A stretch of DNA of 64,000 nt from an uncultured virus (IMG/VR IMGVR_UViG_3300020201_000017) (IMGVR_UViG_3300020201_000017); one strand, 5' to 3'. Shown: positions 8,369 through 17,295, numbered from the stretch's first letter. Translations and numbers: made by a program. The notes: generated by a model from the sequence alone, not told the origin.

Positions 8369-9274
8369 ATGAATGACAAACAACTAGAACAAGTAGCGCG
8401 TGAATTGTGCCTGCTACGCGGAGAGGATCCAGACGAGCGGGTACAGTTCGGAGACGCGCTGGATACTTTGATCCTTGGTCCTCGGTGGCAATCTGTTAGG
8501 GTAGCCGTGCGAGAGGCCTGGCTTATGGCTGAGGCCATGAAGAACATCGCGTTCTTGGAACGCTCTGAAAAAATTGAGGCCGAGTTGGGGGTCCAATACC
8601 GTGGACCTAACGCTCCTAAGCTGCAGACACTTGCGCAAGCTGCTGCAACGGCTAAGGCCAAAACAGATTACAAGACACTTTTGGCCGCCGCAGAAGCAGC
8701 CCTTGAGCACCAAGGGCGCGGCAGTGCGAGCACCATGCAATTTCAGGGGGCCCGAGCATATATTGAGTCTGATGCCTCAATCATTTTGGATGAATCTGCG
8801 GCCCAAGTAGCTGTAGCGGGGCTCTCAGAATTAGAGTCAAAACCAGCGTCATACGACTGCGAATGGGACGACGACGACGCTCTTTATCTGCTAAGTCGCG
8901 ATACCGATTCCGACGGCTCAATAATTTTGGACGAATCTGCGTTCAAGCCATATAGGCTGGCAAATGCAAATCATCGAATTGTATGTCTGCAGAACGACAT
9001 CTTGAGCTTGAATAGACAGATAGCTCGACTGCAGTCCGGCAATATCATTGAGTCCGATCTATTGACCGCCGTCGATGATTTATGGCTGGTGCAGTCACGG
9101 ATTCGTGAGCTTGAGGCGTATCGTACAGAATCCAGGCGATTGGCTGGCGGGCTCACAGAAAAAGATACGGATGCTGCGGCACTGAATCGAATCCAGAATC
9201 TTCGTCGCATGGCCGATGCTGATGAAGGAATAGAGGCTGCGCACATTGCGGAGAATTTAGGAGGCAAACCATGA
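8369..9274 (+). CDS. Mosaic hypothetical protein (island)
   Basis: 301 aa; internal SIILDESA duplication; RQIARLQSGNIIESDLLTAVD module. Confidence 0.7.
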   Translation: MNDKQLEQVARELCLLRGEDPDERVQFGDALDTLILGPRWQSVRVAVREAWLMAEAMKNIAFLERSEKIEAELGVQYRGPNAPKLQTLAQAAATAKAKTDYKTLLAAAEAALEHQGRGSASTMQFQGARAYIESDASIILDESAAQVAVAGLSELESKPASYDCEWDDDDALYLLSRDTDSDGSIILDESAFKPYRLANANHRIVCLQNDILSLNRQIARLQSGNIIESDLLTAVDDLWLVQSRIRELEAYRTESRRLAGGLTEKDTDAAALNRIQNLRRMADADEGIEAAHIAENLGGKP

Positions 9275-9495
9275 CACCTAGACGCACTGAAATTAGGGCA
9301 GCAGAGCGGGCGGCGGAAGTGGCAGTCGAAGAGGCGCGCAATACATGGGAGGCGGCGAATGAGTCTGAACGGGCTGCGCGCGAAGTGTTGACTTCGGCAC
9401 GGGCTGCGCTCAAAGTAGCGAGGGACGAGTGTATTCGGTTGGCATCGGCCGACTACTGTGCAGAGATCGGATCGAGCGGAGAGTACGAACAATGA
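9271..9495 (+). CDS. Ala/Arg-rich helical protein (island)
   Basis: AGGAGG RBS, ATGA overlap. Confidence 0.65.
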   Translation: MTPRRTEIRAAERAAEVAVEEARNTWEAANESERAAREVLTSARAALKVARDECIRLASADYCAEIGSSGEYEQ

Positions 9496-9692
9496 CGAAC
9501 AAGAAACTGCAAAAAGAGGCGCTGGAGGCACAGAGGCGCCAGGCATCGGCCTGGCGGGCAGTGCAGGCCGACAAGTGGGCAACGGAGCAGTACGCGTATG
9601 CGGCGAAAATACGAACAGGCGTGCTCCGGCGTGAGTGGGCAATAGCGAAACGGTTGGCGAAGACTGCGGCCGCTAAGACGGTGACGAAATGA
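9492..9692 (+). CDS. Ala/Arg-rich helical protein (island)
   Basis: ATGA overlap start MTNKKLQKE. Confidence 0.6.
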   Translation: MTNKKLQKEALEAQRRQASAWRAVQADKWATEQYAYAAKIRTGVLRREWAIAKRLAKTAAAKTVTK

Positions 9693-9949
9693 ATGACGAC
9701 GAAATGACTGACGAACAATTGAAGGACGCCGAATCGAAGGCGCACGCAGCGCACGCCGCGTGGCAGACGGCTCACCACGCCGCTGCTGCAGCACTTTTGC
9801 TTACGTACGAGGCGTACGATGCGGCCTGCGCAACAGCAGTGCAGGCGCACATTGCACGGTGCCGCGCAGTGGATGCGTGCGAGGCGGTACAGAAAGCACA
9901 GGCGGCTGCAGCTACAGTTGCGCTGGATGTCACAAAGGCGTACCTGTGA
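9689..9949 (+). CDS. Ala-rich helical protein (island)
   Basis: ATGA overlap; repeated Ala-rich helices. Confidence 0.6.
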   Translation: MNDDEMTDEQLKDAESKAHAAHAAWQTAHHAAAAALLLTYEAYDAACATAVQAHIARCRAVDACEAVQKAQAAAATVALDVTKAYL

Positions 9950-10269
9950 CGGACGCAGAAGCCCGCTCTGCATGGGAGGCGATGTCAACAGCGCAGCGCG
10001 ACGCAATGGCTAGCGCCGCTCCAGATTTCGCGGGAGCGTGGCAGTCGGCGAGAGACGAGGACAACTGGATCCGGGGCAGGGACTGGGACTGGGAGCAGGT
10101 CGTTGCGCGCGTGACTTTGAGTGGGCGCGCGTTTGTTGAGCGTGCGTTTGTTGCGTCCGTATCGATGGATCGGACAGTCACTCAACTCGGGAAATTTAGA
10201 TCCATCGAACTCGCGCAGGCAGCGTGTGACGCAGCGCTTAGGGCAGATGAGTGGGCGCTCGAACCATGA
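9946..10269 (+). CDS. Hypothetical protein (island)
   Basis: GTGA overlap start; C-terminal LG-x-F-x-S-x-E-x-AQAACDAALRA. Confidence 0.6.
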   Translation: MTDAEARSAWEAMSTAQRDAMASAAPDFAGAWQSARDEDNWIRGRDWDWEQVVARVTLSGRAFVERAFVASVSMDRTVTQLGKFRSIELAQAACDAALRADEWALEP

Positions 10270-10496
10270 TGTGCGGCAGGCGGGAAGACGAAACGAGCAC
10301 TGCAACATGTTGGGCGACATCTGCGCAGGTCGCGGCGTACGCGCTCGACATAGCCCGCGCGGCGCGGCGCGCCGCCGAGCTTGACCGAGAAGACGACCGC
10401 AGACAGGCTGCGCGAGACGCGTACCGGCTAGCTGCGTTTGATGCGGATGACAGCAACTATCTAGATTGCCCTTCGGGCGGGAACGGAGAACCATGA
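10266..10496 (+). CDS. Hypothetical protein (island)
   Basis: ATGA overlap. Confidence 0.55.
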   Translation: MMCGRREDETSTATCWATSAQVAAYALDIARAARRAAELDREDDRRQAARDAYRLAAFDADDSNYLDCPSGGNGEP

Positions 10497-10900
10497 GCGC
10501 TGTAGAGGAATTCGAGTTCAGTCACTGCGACATTTACAACCGTTGCGAGCAGCACATTACGGAGCAGGGCGGGGTTGTGCGCGTTACGGGGCTCGACCTC
10601 GCGCCACGCGGAACCCTGGCCAGAATCAAGACCGAACTCGCAGACGCGAGCCGTCAGATCGCAAGACTGCAATCCGGCGAAATCATCGAGTCCGACCTGC
10701 TGACTGCGGTCGACATGCTAGCGCTAGCGGAGGCGCGGATTCGGGAGCTTGAGGCTGAACTCGCTGAACGCCGTGCGCTTGATGCTGATGTGCGTGCTCT
10801 GGCCAACTACTGCTGGCGTGGTCGCGGCACACTGCGGTCGGCGATCGCGACAGCCCAACGTCTACTCGCGGCGACGTGGATGGGAGGGATGGGAGAATGA
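10493..10900 (+). CDS. Mosaic coiled-coil protein (island)
   Basis: Carries GLDLAPRGTL, RQIARLQSG and ELEAELAERRALDADV modules. Confidence 0.7.
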   Translation: MSAVEEFEFSHCDIYNRCEQHITEQGGVVRVTGLDLAPRGTLARIKTELADASRQIARLQSGEIIESDLLTAVDMLALAEARIRELEAELAERRALDADVRALANYCWRGRGTLRSAIATAQRLLAATWMGGMGE

Positions 10901-11223
10901 CCGGCGCGGAACGGGTGCACGCGTTGCTGGATGCAGAGCGAGCGTATCCGTACAAACACGGGTTGCTGGCGAACGCGGCAGACGCGATAGCGCACGATTT
11001 AGACGCTGGAGCCGCTGCTATTGCGCGAGTTGCGGAGCTTGAAGCCGAGCGCGAAGAACGCATGGCACTTGATTCCGACGTTATTGCTTGCGCATTCATA
11101 ACCTCGGAAGTATCGCTACGCTACCGTGCTGCAGCACTCGGCATACTAGATGCGAGGTGTTTTGGAAGAAGAGAGCTTGACTATGCGTCAGAGATCGGTG
11201 AAGATAGAGGATTCGAACAATGA
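10897..11223 (+). CDS. Mosaic coiled-coil protein (island)
   Basis: RVAELEAEREERMALDSDV and EIG...EQ modules. Confidence 0.65.
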   Translation: MTGAERVHALLDAERAYPYKHGLLANAADAIAHDLDAGAAAIARVAELEAEREERMALDSDVIACAFITSEVSLRYRAAALGILDARCFGRRELDYASEIGEDRGFEQ

Positions 11224-11774
11224 ATAACGATGAACCAAATTATACGTGGCGTATATGCCCGGAGTGTAAAGGTGAACGGCCGTCCATCCCAGGCGGGCGC
11301 GTCGAATGCGACCATTGCTATGGCAATGGCGAGGTATACAGGGAATGGGACGAGGATGAGGAAGTGCGCTCGAAGCTAGAGCTTCGGATTGTTTCGCTGG
11401 ACACAACTGCGATTGCGCAATTTGCGAAGCTGGAGGCCGACCGCGATGTCTGGGTCGAGCGCGCCGAGAAACATCGCCAGGACCTCGCTGTGGCTGTTGG
11501 CCTAGAGCCCGAGGGAGCGTGGTGCGTCTCGATGGCTGCACTTCGACATGCAATGGCCGAACTCGCAGAGCGCCGCGCAAGCGATTTCGGATTCATTGAC
11601 TGCGAAGTCTGGGGGTTTGATCTCGCTAGTTTCGATAAGCACATCACGGAGAATGGAGGGAATGTGATCCTGAATGGGCTAGATCTCTCGCCACGTGGAA
11701 CCCTGAAGAGAATCAAGGCCGAACTCGTGGCAGCTGAGGAGCGGATTCTAGAGCTTACAGGAGAGAGCAAATGA
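11220..11774 (+). CDS. Mosaic protein with an N-terminal CxxCxG zinc-finger pair (island)
   Basis: CPECKGE...CDHCYGNG; GLDLSPRGTLKRIK module. Confidence 0.7.
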   Translation: MNNDEPNYTWRICPECKGERPSIPGGRVECDHCYGNGEVYREWDEDEEVRSKLELRIVSLDTTAIAQFAKLEADRDVWVERAEKHRQDLAVAVGLEPEGAWCVSMAALRHAMAELAERRASDFGFIDCEVWGFDLASFDKHITENGGNVILNGLDLSPRGTLKRIKAELVAAEERILELTGESK

Positions 11775-12346
11775 CAAAATTAGTAGATGCGAGAAAATGC
11801 GTAGATTTGCTGGGGCGTCGGGTTGCTGAGCTTGAGGCCGAGCTTGCTAAAATGCGCCAGGAGGTACTCCAAATTGTGGTCACGCCGAACGATACGATGA
11901 AGCTTCTTGCGGTCGAAGACCTGCAGGAGATTCTCAAGAGCGATCACGCGGAAGACTACTTCATCGGCGGCATGGTTGATCGCGACAACAACATGCTCGT
12001 CCTGTACCGAGGCGACTTCGATCGCCTTCTCGTGCCGCTCGACTTCTTCATGAAGAAGGACCAGGCGGTGAAGCCCGACTTCGCGGACTTCGACATCACG
12101 GATGTCGGGCAGACCCTTCGCTTCGGTGATTACGAGGCCGCGAGCAGCGCGGTCCTCTACGAGTTCGACGCCGCCGCCCGAAAGCGGATGAGGGAGCTAG
12201 AAGGGCTGCAAACTATCGACTACCTCGGCCCCGTGTGCTCGCCCGACGAGGCGGCGCGACGATTAGCTTGGGCACGCACAGAGCATGCGCGGATGAGTGG
12301 AAAGAAAATCTGCCCAGCTTGCGACGGAGAAGGGACACTCAAATGA
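11771..12346 (+). CDS. Mosaic protein with a globular central domain (possibly DUF2442/NE0471-like) (island)
   Basis: RVAELEAEL coil, PDFADFDITDVGQTLRFGDYEA core, C-terminal CPACDGEG. Confidence 0.6.
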   Translation: MTKLVDARKCVDLLGRRVAELEAELAKMRQEVLQIVVTPNDTMKLLAVEDLQEILKSDHAEDYFIGGMVDRDNNMLVLYRGDFDRLLVPLDFFMKKDQAVKPDFADFDITDVGQTLRFGDYEAASSAVLYEFDAAARKRMRELEGLQTIDYLGPVCSPDEAARRLAWARTEHARMSGKKICPACDGEGTLK

Positions 12347-12477
12347 CCGACGACGAATTCCGACTGATTCACGATCTGAGCGCCGAGGGTCGGGAAAAGT
12401 CTATTAGATGCGATGCAATGTATAAGGCTATCCGCAGGGAAGAGATGGCTTGCTGCAGCAAAGGTATGGATTCATGA
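12343..12477 (+). CDS. Small hypothetical protein (island)
   Basis: ATGA overlaps at both ends. Confidence 0.45.
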   Translation: MTDDEFRLIHDLSAEGREKSIRCDAMYKAIRREEMACCSKGMDS

Positions 12478-12785
12478 AAGGCGCTGACAGGCTGTCTGAG
12501 GTAGTCGAAAATGAACTAGATATAAAAGATCCTGAGACTGAGTGGTATGGCGATATAACGCTCAGCTCACTAACTTCGCACAACTTAGAGTTGATGTCTA
12601 GTATCGCTCGCGATCTCGATGAACTAGAAGAGCGCCGTGCGCTTGATGCTGATGTATTTTGGGTGGCTGCCACGATTGGCACGGAGACCAATTCGAGGGA
12701 TGCGCATTCAGCGGCTCTACGTCTTCTCGATGCGCAGTGGCTAAAAGGGGCGCTCAAACGACAATCCCTGAAGAACAGCCTATGA
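12474..12785 (+). CDS. Mosaic protein (island)
   Basis: ELEERRALDADV and AALRLLDA modules. Confidence 0.6.
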   Translation: MKGADRLSEVVENELDIKDPETEWYGDITLSSLTSHNLELMSSIARDLDELEERRALDADVFWVAATIGTETNSRDAHSAALRLLDAQWLKGALKRQSLKNSL

Positions 12786-12880
12786 GAAAGAGTAGGGAAG
12801 CATTATTTCGGGCGCTGGTTGCAGCTGAGGCTTGGTTTGAAACGACCATTACTGCTAAAGAAACTATTTTGGGAGGCTAA
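12782..12880 (+). CDS. Small hypothetical protein (island)
   Basis: ATGA overlap, 32 aa. Confidence 0.4.
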   Translation: MRKSREALFRALVAAEAWFETTITAKETILGG

Positions 12881-12882
12881 AA

Positions 12883-13449
12883 TTGTTAAAGAATCTTGCC
12901 GGATATCCATTATGTGATAAATATATCCTTCAGGAGCTGGAGAGCCACGGCATTGAACCAGTTCGATGTAAAAGCAATTCGCAAGGTGAAGTTTGCTCAA
13001 GCCTTACGGGAAGGATCGGTAAATTCACGTTTCGGCGCGATTGGAGTTATTGGGTTATCACTGGTGCTCTGCCTCTAGAATATGCTATGGCAATCTACGC
13101 TAATCCTGTAGGTAGGCAATATGTGAGAGCTGGCGGTGACTGTGCCTGCCGAAATCCAGAGATTTGGGAGAATTTTTTCGATACCGATGGAAATGAACTC
13201 TACGTCGATCCGGGCGGGAAGCAGAGGGAGCAAATTGCCAACTTATTGGAGAAAGGTTTGTTAAAAAGCACGGATACGGATAATGTTATATTTTTTGAAT
13301 CTGAGAAAGAGCGTGACAAGCACGTTGCTAGGTCCTTTGTCAATATGTATCATGTAGATAGTGATCTTGGGCTACACCTAATCGTTGATGCAATTAGGGC
13401 GTATTTAATCGTCGATACAATGAAGGCACATCTAAAGGGTACAGTATGA
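12883..13449 (+). CDS. Phage-type hypothetical protein (island)
   Basis: GGAGG RBS, TTG start; FRRDWSYWV, VRAGGDCAC, YHVDS motifs. Confidence 0.7.
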   Translation: MLKNLAGYPLCDKYILQELESHGIEPVRCKSNSQGEVCSSLTGRIGKFTFRRDWSYWVITGALPLEYAMAIYANPVGRQYVRAGGDCACRNPEIWENFFDTDGNELYVDPGGKQREQIANLLEKGLLKSTDTDNVIFFESEKERDKHVARSFVNMYHVDSDLGLHLIVDAIRAYLIVDTMKAHLKGTV

Positions 13450-13518
13450 TCGACAACTCAACCAAGGCCAAAGGCCTATATATTATTAGCAAATCTAATT
13501 TCAAGGTAAGGTGAACAT

Positions 13519-13842
13519 TTGAACTTTATAATTTATTTTTTATTAATGGCTTTAGCGGTAGCATCAATATGTTTTACTATATCCAAGTCTGAACTATTTA
13601 ACCCAATTAGAATTTTTATTTTTAAATATAACAAAGGTAAGTTATTTTATAAACTTATTCATTGCCCTTATTGTTTAAGTCATTGGGTAGCAGCTTTATT
13701 TTCGTTTTTATATATTTTTATATTTAAAGATACAATTTTTGGCAATATTTATTTTGATTTTATTGTATTGACATTCTCGCTGGTTACAGTAAGCTCTGTG
13801 ATGATAGGAAAGATTAACTCTAGCTTGGAGTTTATGGATTAA
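13519..13842 (+). CDS. DUF1360-like membrane protein
   Basis: TM helices; L-x-x-CPYCLSHWVA motif. Confidence 0.7.
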   Translation: MNFIIYFLLMALAVASICFTISKSELFNPIRIFIFKYNKGKLFYKLIHCPYCLSHWVAALFSFLYIFIFKDTIFGNIYFDFIVLTFSLVTVSSVMIGKINSSLEFMD

Positions 13843-13846
13843 AATT

Positions 13847-14452
13847 ATGAACAGAACATTCAATTATATTACGCCTGAATTAAATAACGCCGTAATTAAC
13901 TTGAGCAAATACCTTAAATTAAAAGGTATTAAGCATGTTGTGATTGGTGGAGTTGCTGTTGGGCAATATACAAAAGAACCACGAGTGACAATTGATATTG
14001 ATATTTTTACGACGGAAGATGTTGAGCGTGTCATGCCTAACCTTGGACCATTAAATGAAGTAGAAGGGATTGCTAGTGAGTGGGAAGGTATTCCTGTTGA
14101 ATTTATTTATCCATATGGTGATGAAGCAGATTTAATTTTTTCTAATTGCAAACTTGTTGATGGCATTCCTGTTGCTAGCAGAGATGCTCTTTTATATATG
14201 AAACTTAGGGCTGGAAGAACAAAAGATTCTGATGATCTTGTTCAGATGCTAAAACAAATTCGGCCAGAAGAGCGGGCGTATTTTATTAAGAAACTTGATT
14301 CATTGAAAAATAAAAATTTTCCAAGAGATTTAACGGAGCTAGTTCTAGATTTCCAATCACTAGGAAACATTGCAGATTTAGAACAATCTTCTCAACAAAA
14401 ATCAGCAACCTCAAGTTTTAGAAAACACTTATTAGTCAAAGCTATAAAATAA
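13847..14452 (+). CDS. Nucleotidyltransferase (DUF6036/AbiEii-like)
   Basis: VIGGVAV...PRVTIDIDI; K-x-x-AGR-x-KD-x-x-D. Confidence 0.8.
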   Translation: MNRTFNYITPELNNAVINLSKYLKLKGIKHVVIGGVAVGQYTKEPRVTIDIDIFTTEDVERVMPNLGPLNEVEGIASEWEGIPVEFIYPYGDEADLIFSNCKLVDGIPVASRDALLYMKLRAGRTKDSDDLVQMLKQIRPEERAYFIKKLDSLKNKNFPRDLTELVLDFQSLGNIADLEQSSQQKSATSSFRKHLLVKAIK

Positions 14453-14469
14453 TATTATAGATATAATTT

Positions 14470-14703
14470 ATGTTAATGTTATATTTTGAGATAATAGTCA
14501 TTTTTAATCTAATATTTTCAACATTATTTAGTATTAGATTATATTTTGAACGTCAACCTGGTTTTTTAGAGAAGCTTTTCCTAAATGATTATTTTTATTT
14601 TAAAGTTATTTTCCCGCCAATAATTTTAATTAATTTTATTATTTATCAGAAAGAACAAATAAATAATAAAAAACTAGATATGATTAAAGAGATTATAGAA
14701 TGA
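14470..14703 (+). CDS. Small membrane protein, paralog 1
   Basis: IFPP-x-x-L-x-x-FIIY-x-K; ends MIKEIIE. Confidence 0.6.
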   Translation: MLMLYFEIIVIFNLIFSTLFSIRLYFERQPGFLEKLFLNDYFYFKVIFPPIILINFIIYQKEQINNKKLDMIKEIIE

Positions 14704-14933
14704 CCAGGGATAAATTATTATTTATTTTAATATGGATAATCTACTGTTCTATTTTAGGAGTAACAATCTATATTAGGAGTAAATTCTCAAAACATTTAAT
14801 TAAAAGAGTCAGTTCATTACAATTTTGGTTCACACTTATTTTTCCTCCAAATCTTTTAAGGTTATTTATTATTTATAAAAAGCGCAAGGCAAAAAAGAAA
14901 AAACTAAAAATAATTAAAGGTATAATAACATGA
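14700..14933 (+). CDS. Small membrane protein, paralog 2
   Basis: IFPP-x-x-L-x-x-FIIY-x-K; ends IIKGIIT. Confidence 0.6.
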   Translation: MTRDKLLFILIWIIYCSILGVTIYIRSKFSKHLIKRVSSLQFWFTLIFPPNLLRLFIIYKKRKAKKKKLKIIKGIIT

Positions 14934-15679
14934 GCGATAAAACTGAAATCGGTAATCGTATGAAAAATTATGAAGATGTTTTTCGTCAAAGCCTTCCACT
15001 AAAGATGCCATTAATTTTAAGAATTGATGGTAAAGCATTCTCATCTTATACTAAAAATTTTGAACAACCATGGAGCGAAGAAATTAAAAATGCATTTATT
15101 TTTTCTTCTAAAATGTTATTTCCAGAAGTTCAGGGATTAAAGATAGCTTATGCTCAGTCCGATGAAATGAGTTTGCTTATCACAGATTATGATTCTTTAT
15201 ATACTAAGGCTTATTGTGATAACAATATTCAAAAAATTGTTTCTATCGTTTCCAGTATTATAACAGCTTCTTTTAATAATTATATTAGTAATAATACTGA
15301 AATAAAAAAATTAGCTTACTTTGATTGCCGAGCTTTTGTTTTGCCTAAAGATGATGTTAATAATTATTTTAGTTGGCGACAGAAAGATGCCATTAAAAAT
15401 TCCATTTCAGTTTTAGCTCAATCAGTTTTTTCTGACAAAGAACTGCATGAAAAAAAATCTCAAGAAAAAAAAGACATGCTTGCAGCTAAAGGTATTGTCT
15501 GGGATGATCTTTACGGATGGAAGCGTGTAGGCTATACTATTGCCAAAGAAAATAAAACCGATTTCAAAAACGGAAAAGATTTTATAAGAAGTGTTTTTAC
15601 TGAAAATATCAACCCGCCAATATTCTTTAAAGATAAAACGTATATTGAAAAATATGTTTACTTGGAAAATAAAGTGTGA
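14930..15679 (+). CDS. tRNA(His) guanylyltransferase Thg1-like 3'-5' polymerase
   Basis: RMKNYE, RIDGKAFS, QSDE, FDCR, YFSWRQ-x-D-x-x-KNS. Confidence 0.93.
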   Translation: MSDKTEIGNRMKNYEDVFRQSLPLKMPLILRIDGKAFSSYTKNFEQPWSEEIKNAFIFSSKMLFPEVQGLKIAYAQSDEMSLLITDYDSLYTKAYCDNNIQKIVSIVSSIITASFNNYISNNTEIKKLAYFDCRAFVLPKDDVNNYFSWRQKDAIKNSISVLAQSVFSDKELHEKKSQEKKDMLAAKGIVWDDLYGWKRVGYTIAKENKTDFKNGKDFIRSVFTENINPPIFFKDKTYIEKYVYLENKV

Positions 15680-15987
15680 CAAATTTACAAAAAAATAATT
15701 TTATTTTAATTCAAAAAACATTAGATTTATTTATAGATATTAATACTCTTGATAAATCAATGTTAAACAGTATGCTAAATGATTTAGGCTTTTATTTAGT
15801 TAAAACTCGTGTTTCACTTAAAACTGAATATTATGAGTTATATAACAAGCAATCATGTAAAATAAATAATGCTTATATATTTGGTGTTTTCCCGAGATTA
15901 AAAATTAAACGAGTTAAAGCCAATATTCCAGTGTTTTTAACACAGGCTCACTTTATTCATGAGGCCGAGCAAGATAATGAGGATTAA
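15676..15987 (+). CDS. Hypothetical protein
   Basis: 103-aa ORF between the Thg1 paralogs. Confidence 0.55.
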   Translation: MTNLQKNNFILIQKTLDLFIDINTLDKSMLNSMLNDLGFYLVKTRVSLKTEYYELYNKQSCKINNAYIFGVFPRLKIKRVKANIPVFLTQAHFIHEAEQDNED

Positions 15988-16787
15988 TGGATTCAATTTC
16001 GGAAAAAATAAAAAATTATGAGTCTGCCTATGATCAAAAGATCATAAGTGGCATACCTATTATTGTTCGTGTTGATGCAAGGAGCTTTGAAAGAATTACT
16101 CGCAAGCTTGCTAGACCTTTCGACCCTTTCATTACTGATATATTAAATAACACTATGCTTGATACCATTGCTGACATTGACGGTGCAGTTTTTGGTTACC
16201 AATATAATGATGAGATTAGCTTTATTATTAATTCTGATAATCAGTATTGGTTAAAAAATAGTGTACAAAAAATTGCAGCAATAACAGCAAGCAAAGTCTC
16301 AATTAATTTTTTAAAAAACGTTCTTTATCACGAAACACCTCCTAAGTTGGAGGATGATGTTATTTTTGATGCCACAGTATTTGCTTTACCAAATATAAAA
16401 GAAGTTATTAATTATTTAAGTTTAAAACAAAGTGATTGTAAGAGAAACGCTGTATTAAAAGCCTCTTTGTATGAATTAAAAAAGATTTATGGTAAAGAAG
16501 AAGCTGAAAAAATATTAACTGGTAAGAAATCAAAAGAAAAAATAGAATTATTATCAAGTGAATGTGAAATTGATTTTTATATTTATTATCCTGCTTCCTT
16601 TATAAATGGCGTCGGTGCTTACAAGGTTCCCCATTTAATTAAGTCTGTAGATTCTGAGCCGACAGTTAAAAAGCGATGGATTCTTGATACAGACTTGCCG
16701 AGGTTTAGTACGGATTTGAATTTTATTTCAAATATTTTGGAATCAGGGCATGATGTTTTCCGATCCGATAGAGATTTTGATGATTAA
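15987..16787 (+). CDS. Divergent Thg1-like protein (second paralog)
   Basis: KIKNYE, RVDARSF, QYNDEISF, FDAT, YLSLKQ-x-D-x-x-RNA. Confidence 0.85.
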   Translation: MDSISEKIKNYESAYDQKIISGIPIIVRVDARSFERITRKLARPFDPFITDILNNTMLDTIADIDGAVFGYQYNDEISFIINSDNQYWLKNSVQKIAAITASKVSINFLKNVLYHETPPKLEDDVIFDATVFALPNIKEVINYLSLKQSDCKRNAVLKASLYELKKIYGKEEAEKILTGKKSKEKIELLSSECEIDFYIYYPASFINGVGAYKVPHLIKSVDSEPTVKKRWILDTDLPRFSTDLNFISNILESGHDVFRSDRDFDD

Positions 16788-16815
16788 TTTATAAATAATT
16801 ATTATATTATAGATT

Positions 16816-16911
16816 ATGGCATTTTTCCAGCTCATAAATGGGGATCATAATCAATTATCATCTTTAAAAGATCTGGTTAGTTTTTTAAAAATTAAAAATA
16901 TTATGGAGTAA
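16816..16911 (+). CDS. 31-aa ORF ending KIKNIME (not in the ORF track)
   Basis: Manual translation MAFFQLINGDHNQLSSLKDLVSFLKIKNIME. Confidence 0.35.
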   Translation: MAFFQLINGDHNQLSSLKDLVSFLKIKNIME

Positions 16912-16914
16912 ATT

Positions 16915-17295
16915 ATGGAAAAATCAGATTTAATACAGGAAATTGGTGAAGCTTGGTTAAAAGAACTTTATGATCTTCAAAGTCATAAAGTACCATCTGC
17001 TATTGATAAGGTTTATAGCTTAGATGACTATATCATTAACTGTGATCTTTTATTAGTAAATTATATTCTTAAAAATATTAATGTTAAAAAAACGAAGATT
17101 GGCGTTTTATTATCACTACTCACAGTAACATTGAATTGTGAAATATCTATTGATGAGCGTTATCATTTCGTAAGTAAAGTTGAGCGTAATATGATTGACA
17201 TAGCTCATAAACTTTTTCCTAATTCGCAAAGCAATTCTGATCTTTCATCAAAAGGATTAGAATGGTATAATCAATCTTTAAACGGTTTAATTTAG
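16915..17295 (+). CDS. Hypothetical protein
   Basis: 126 aa, GGAG RBS. Confidence 0.65.
   Translation: MEKSDLIQEIGEAWLKELYDLQSHKVPSAIDKVYSLDDYIINCDLLLVNYILKNINVKKTKIGVLLSLLTVTLNCEISIDERYHFVSKVERNMIDIAHKLFPNSQSNSDLSSKGLEWYNQSLNGLI

Larger units (their letters stand above)
8330..13480 (+). mobile_element. Horizontally acquired GC-rich gene island (no integrase or terminal repeats seen)
   Basis: Abrupt change from AT-rich to GC-rich sequence just after ligA and back near 13480; chain of genes coupled by ATGA/GTGA overlaps; boundaries approximate. Confidence 0.75.

Noticed and set aside
8308..13078. Many overlapping minus-strand and alternate-frame ORFs in the GC-rich island
   Set aside because: Expected shadow ORFs in GC-rich DNA; a single + strand chain with ATGA overlaps, RBSs and shared modules explains the region
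8285..13520. att sites or target-site duplication flanking the island
   Set aside because: No matching direct or inverted repeats recognised at the two edges by eye
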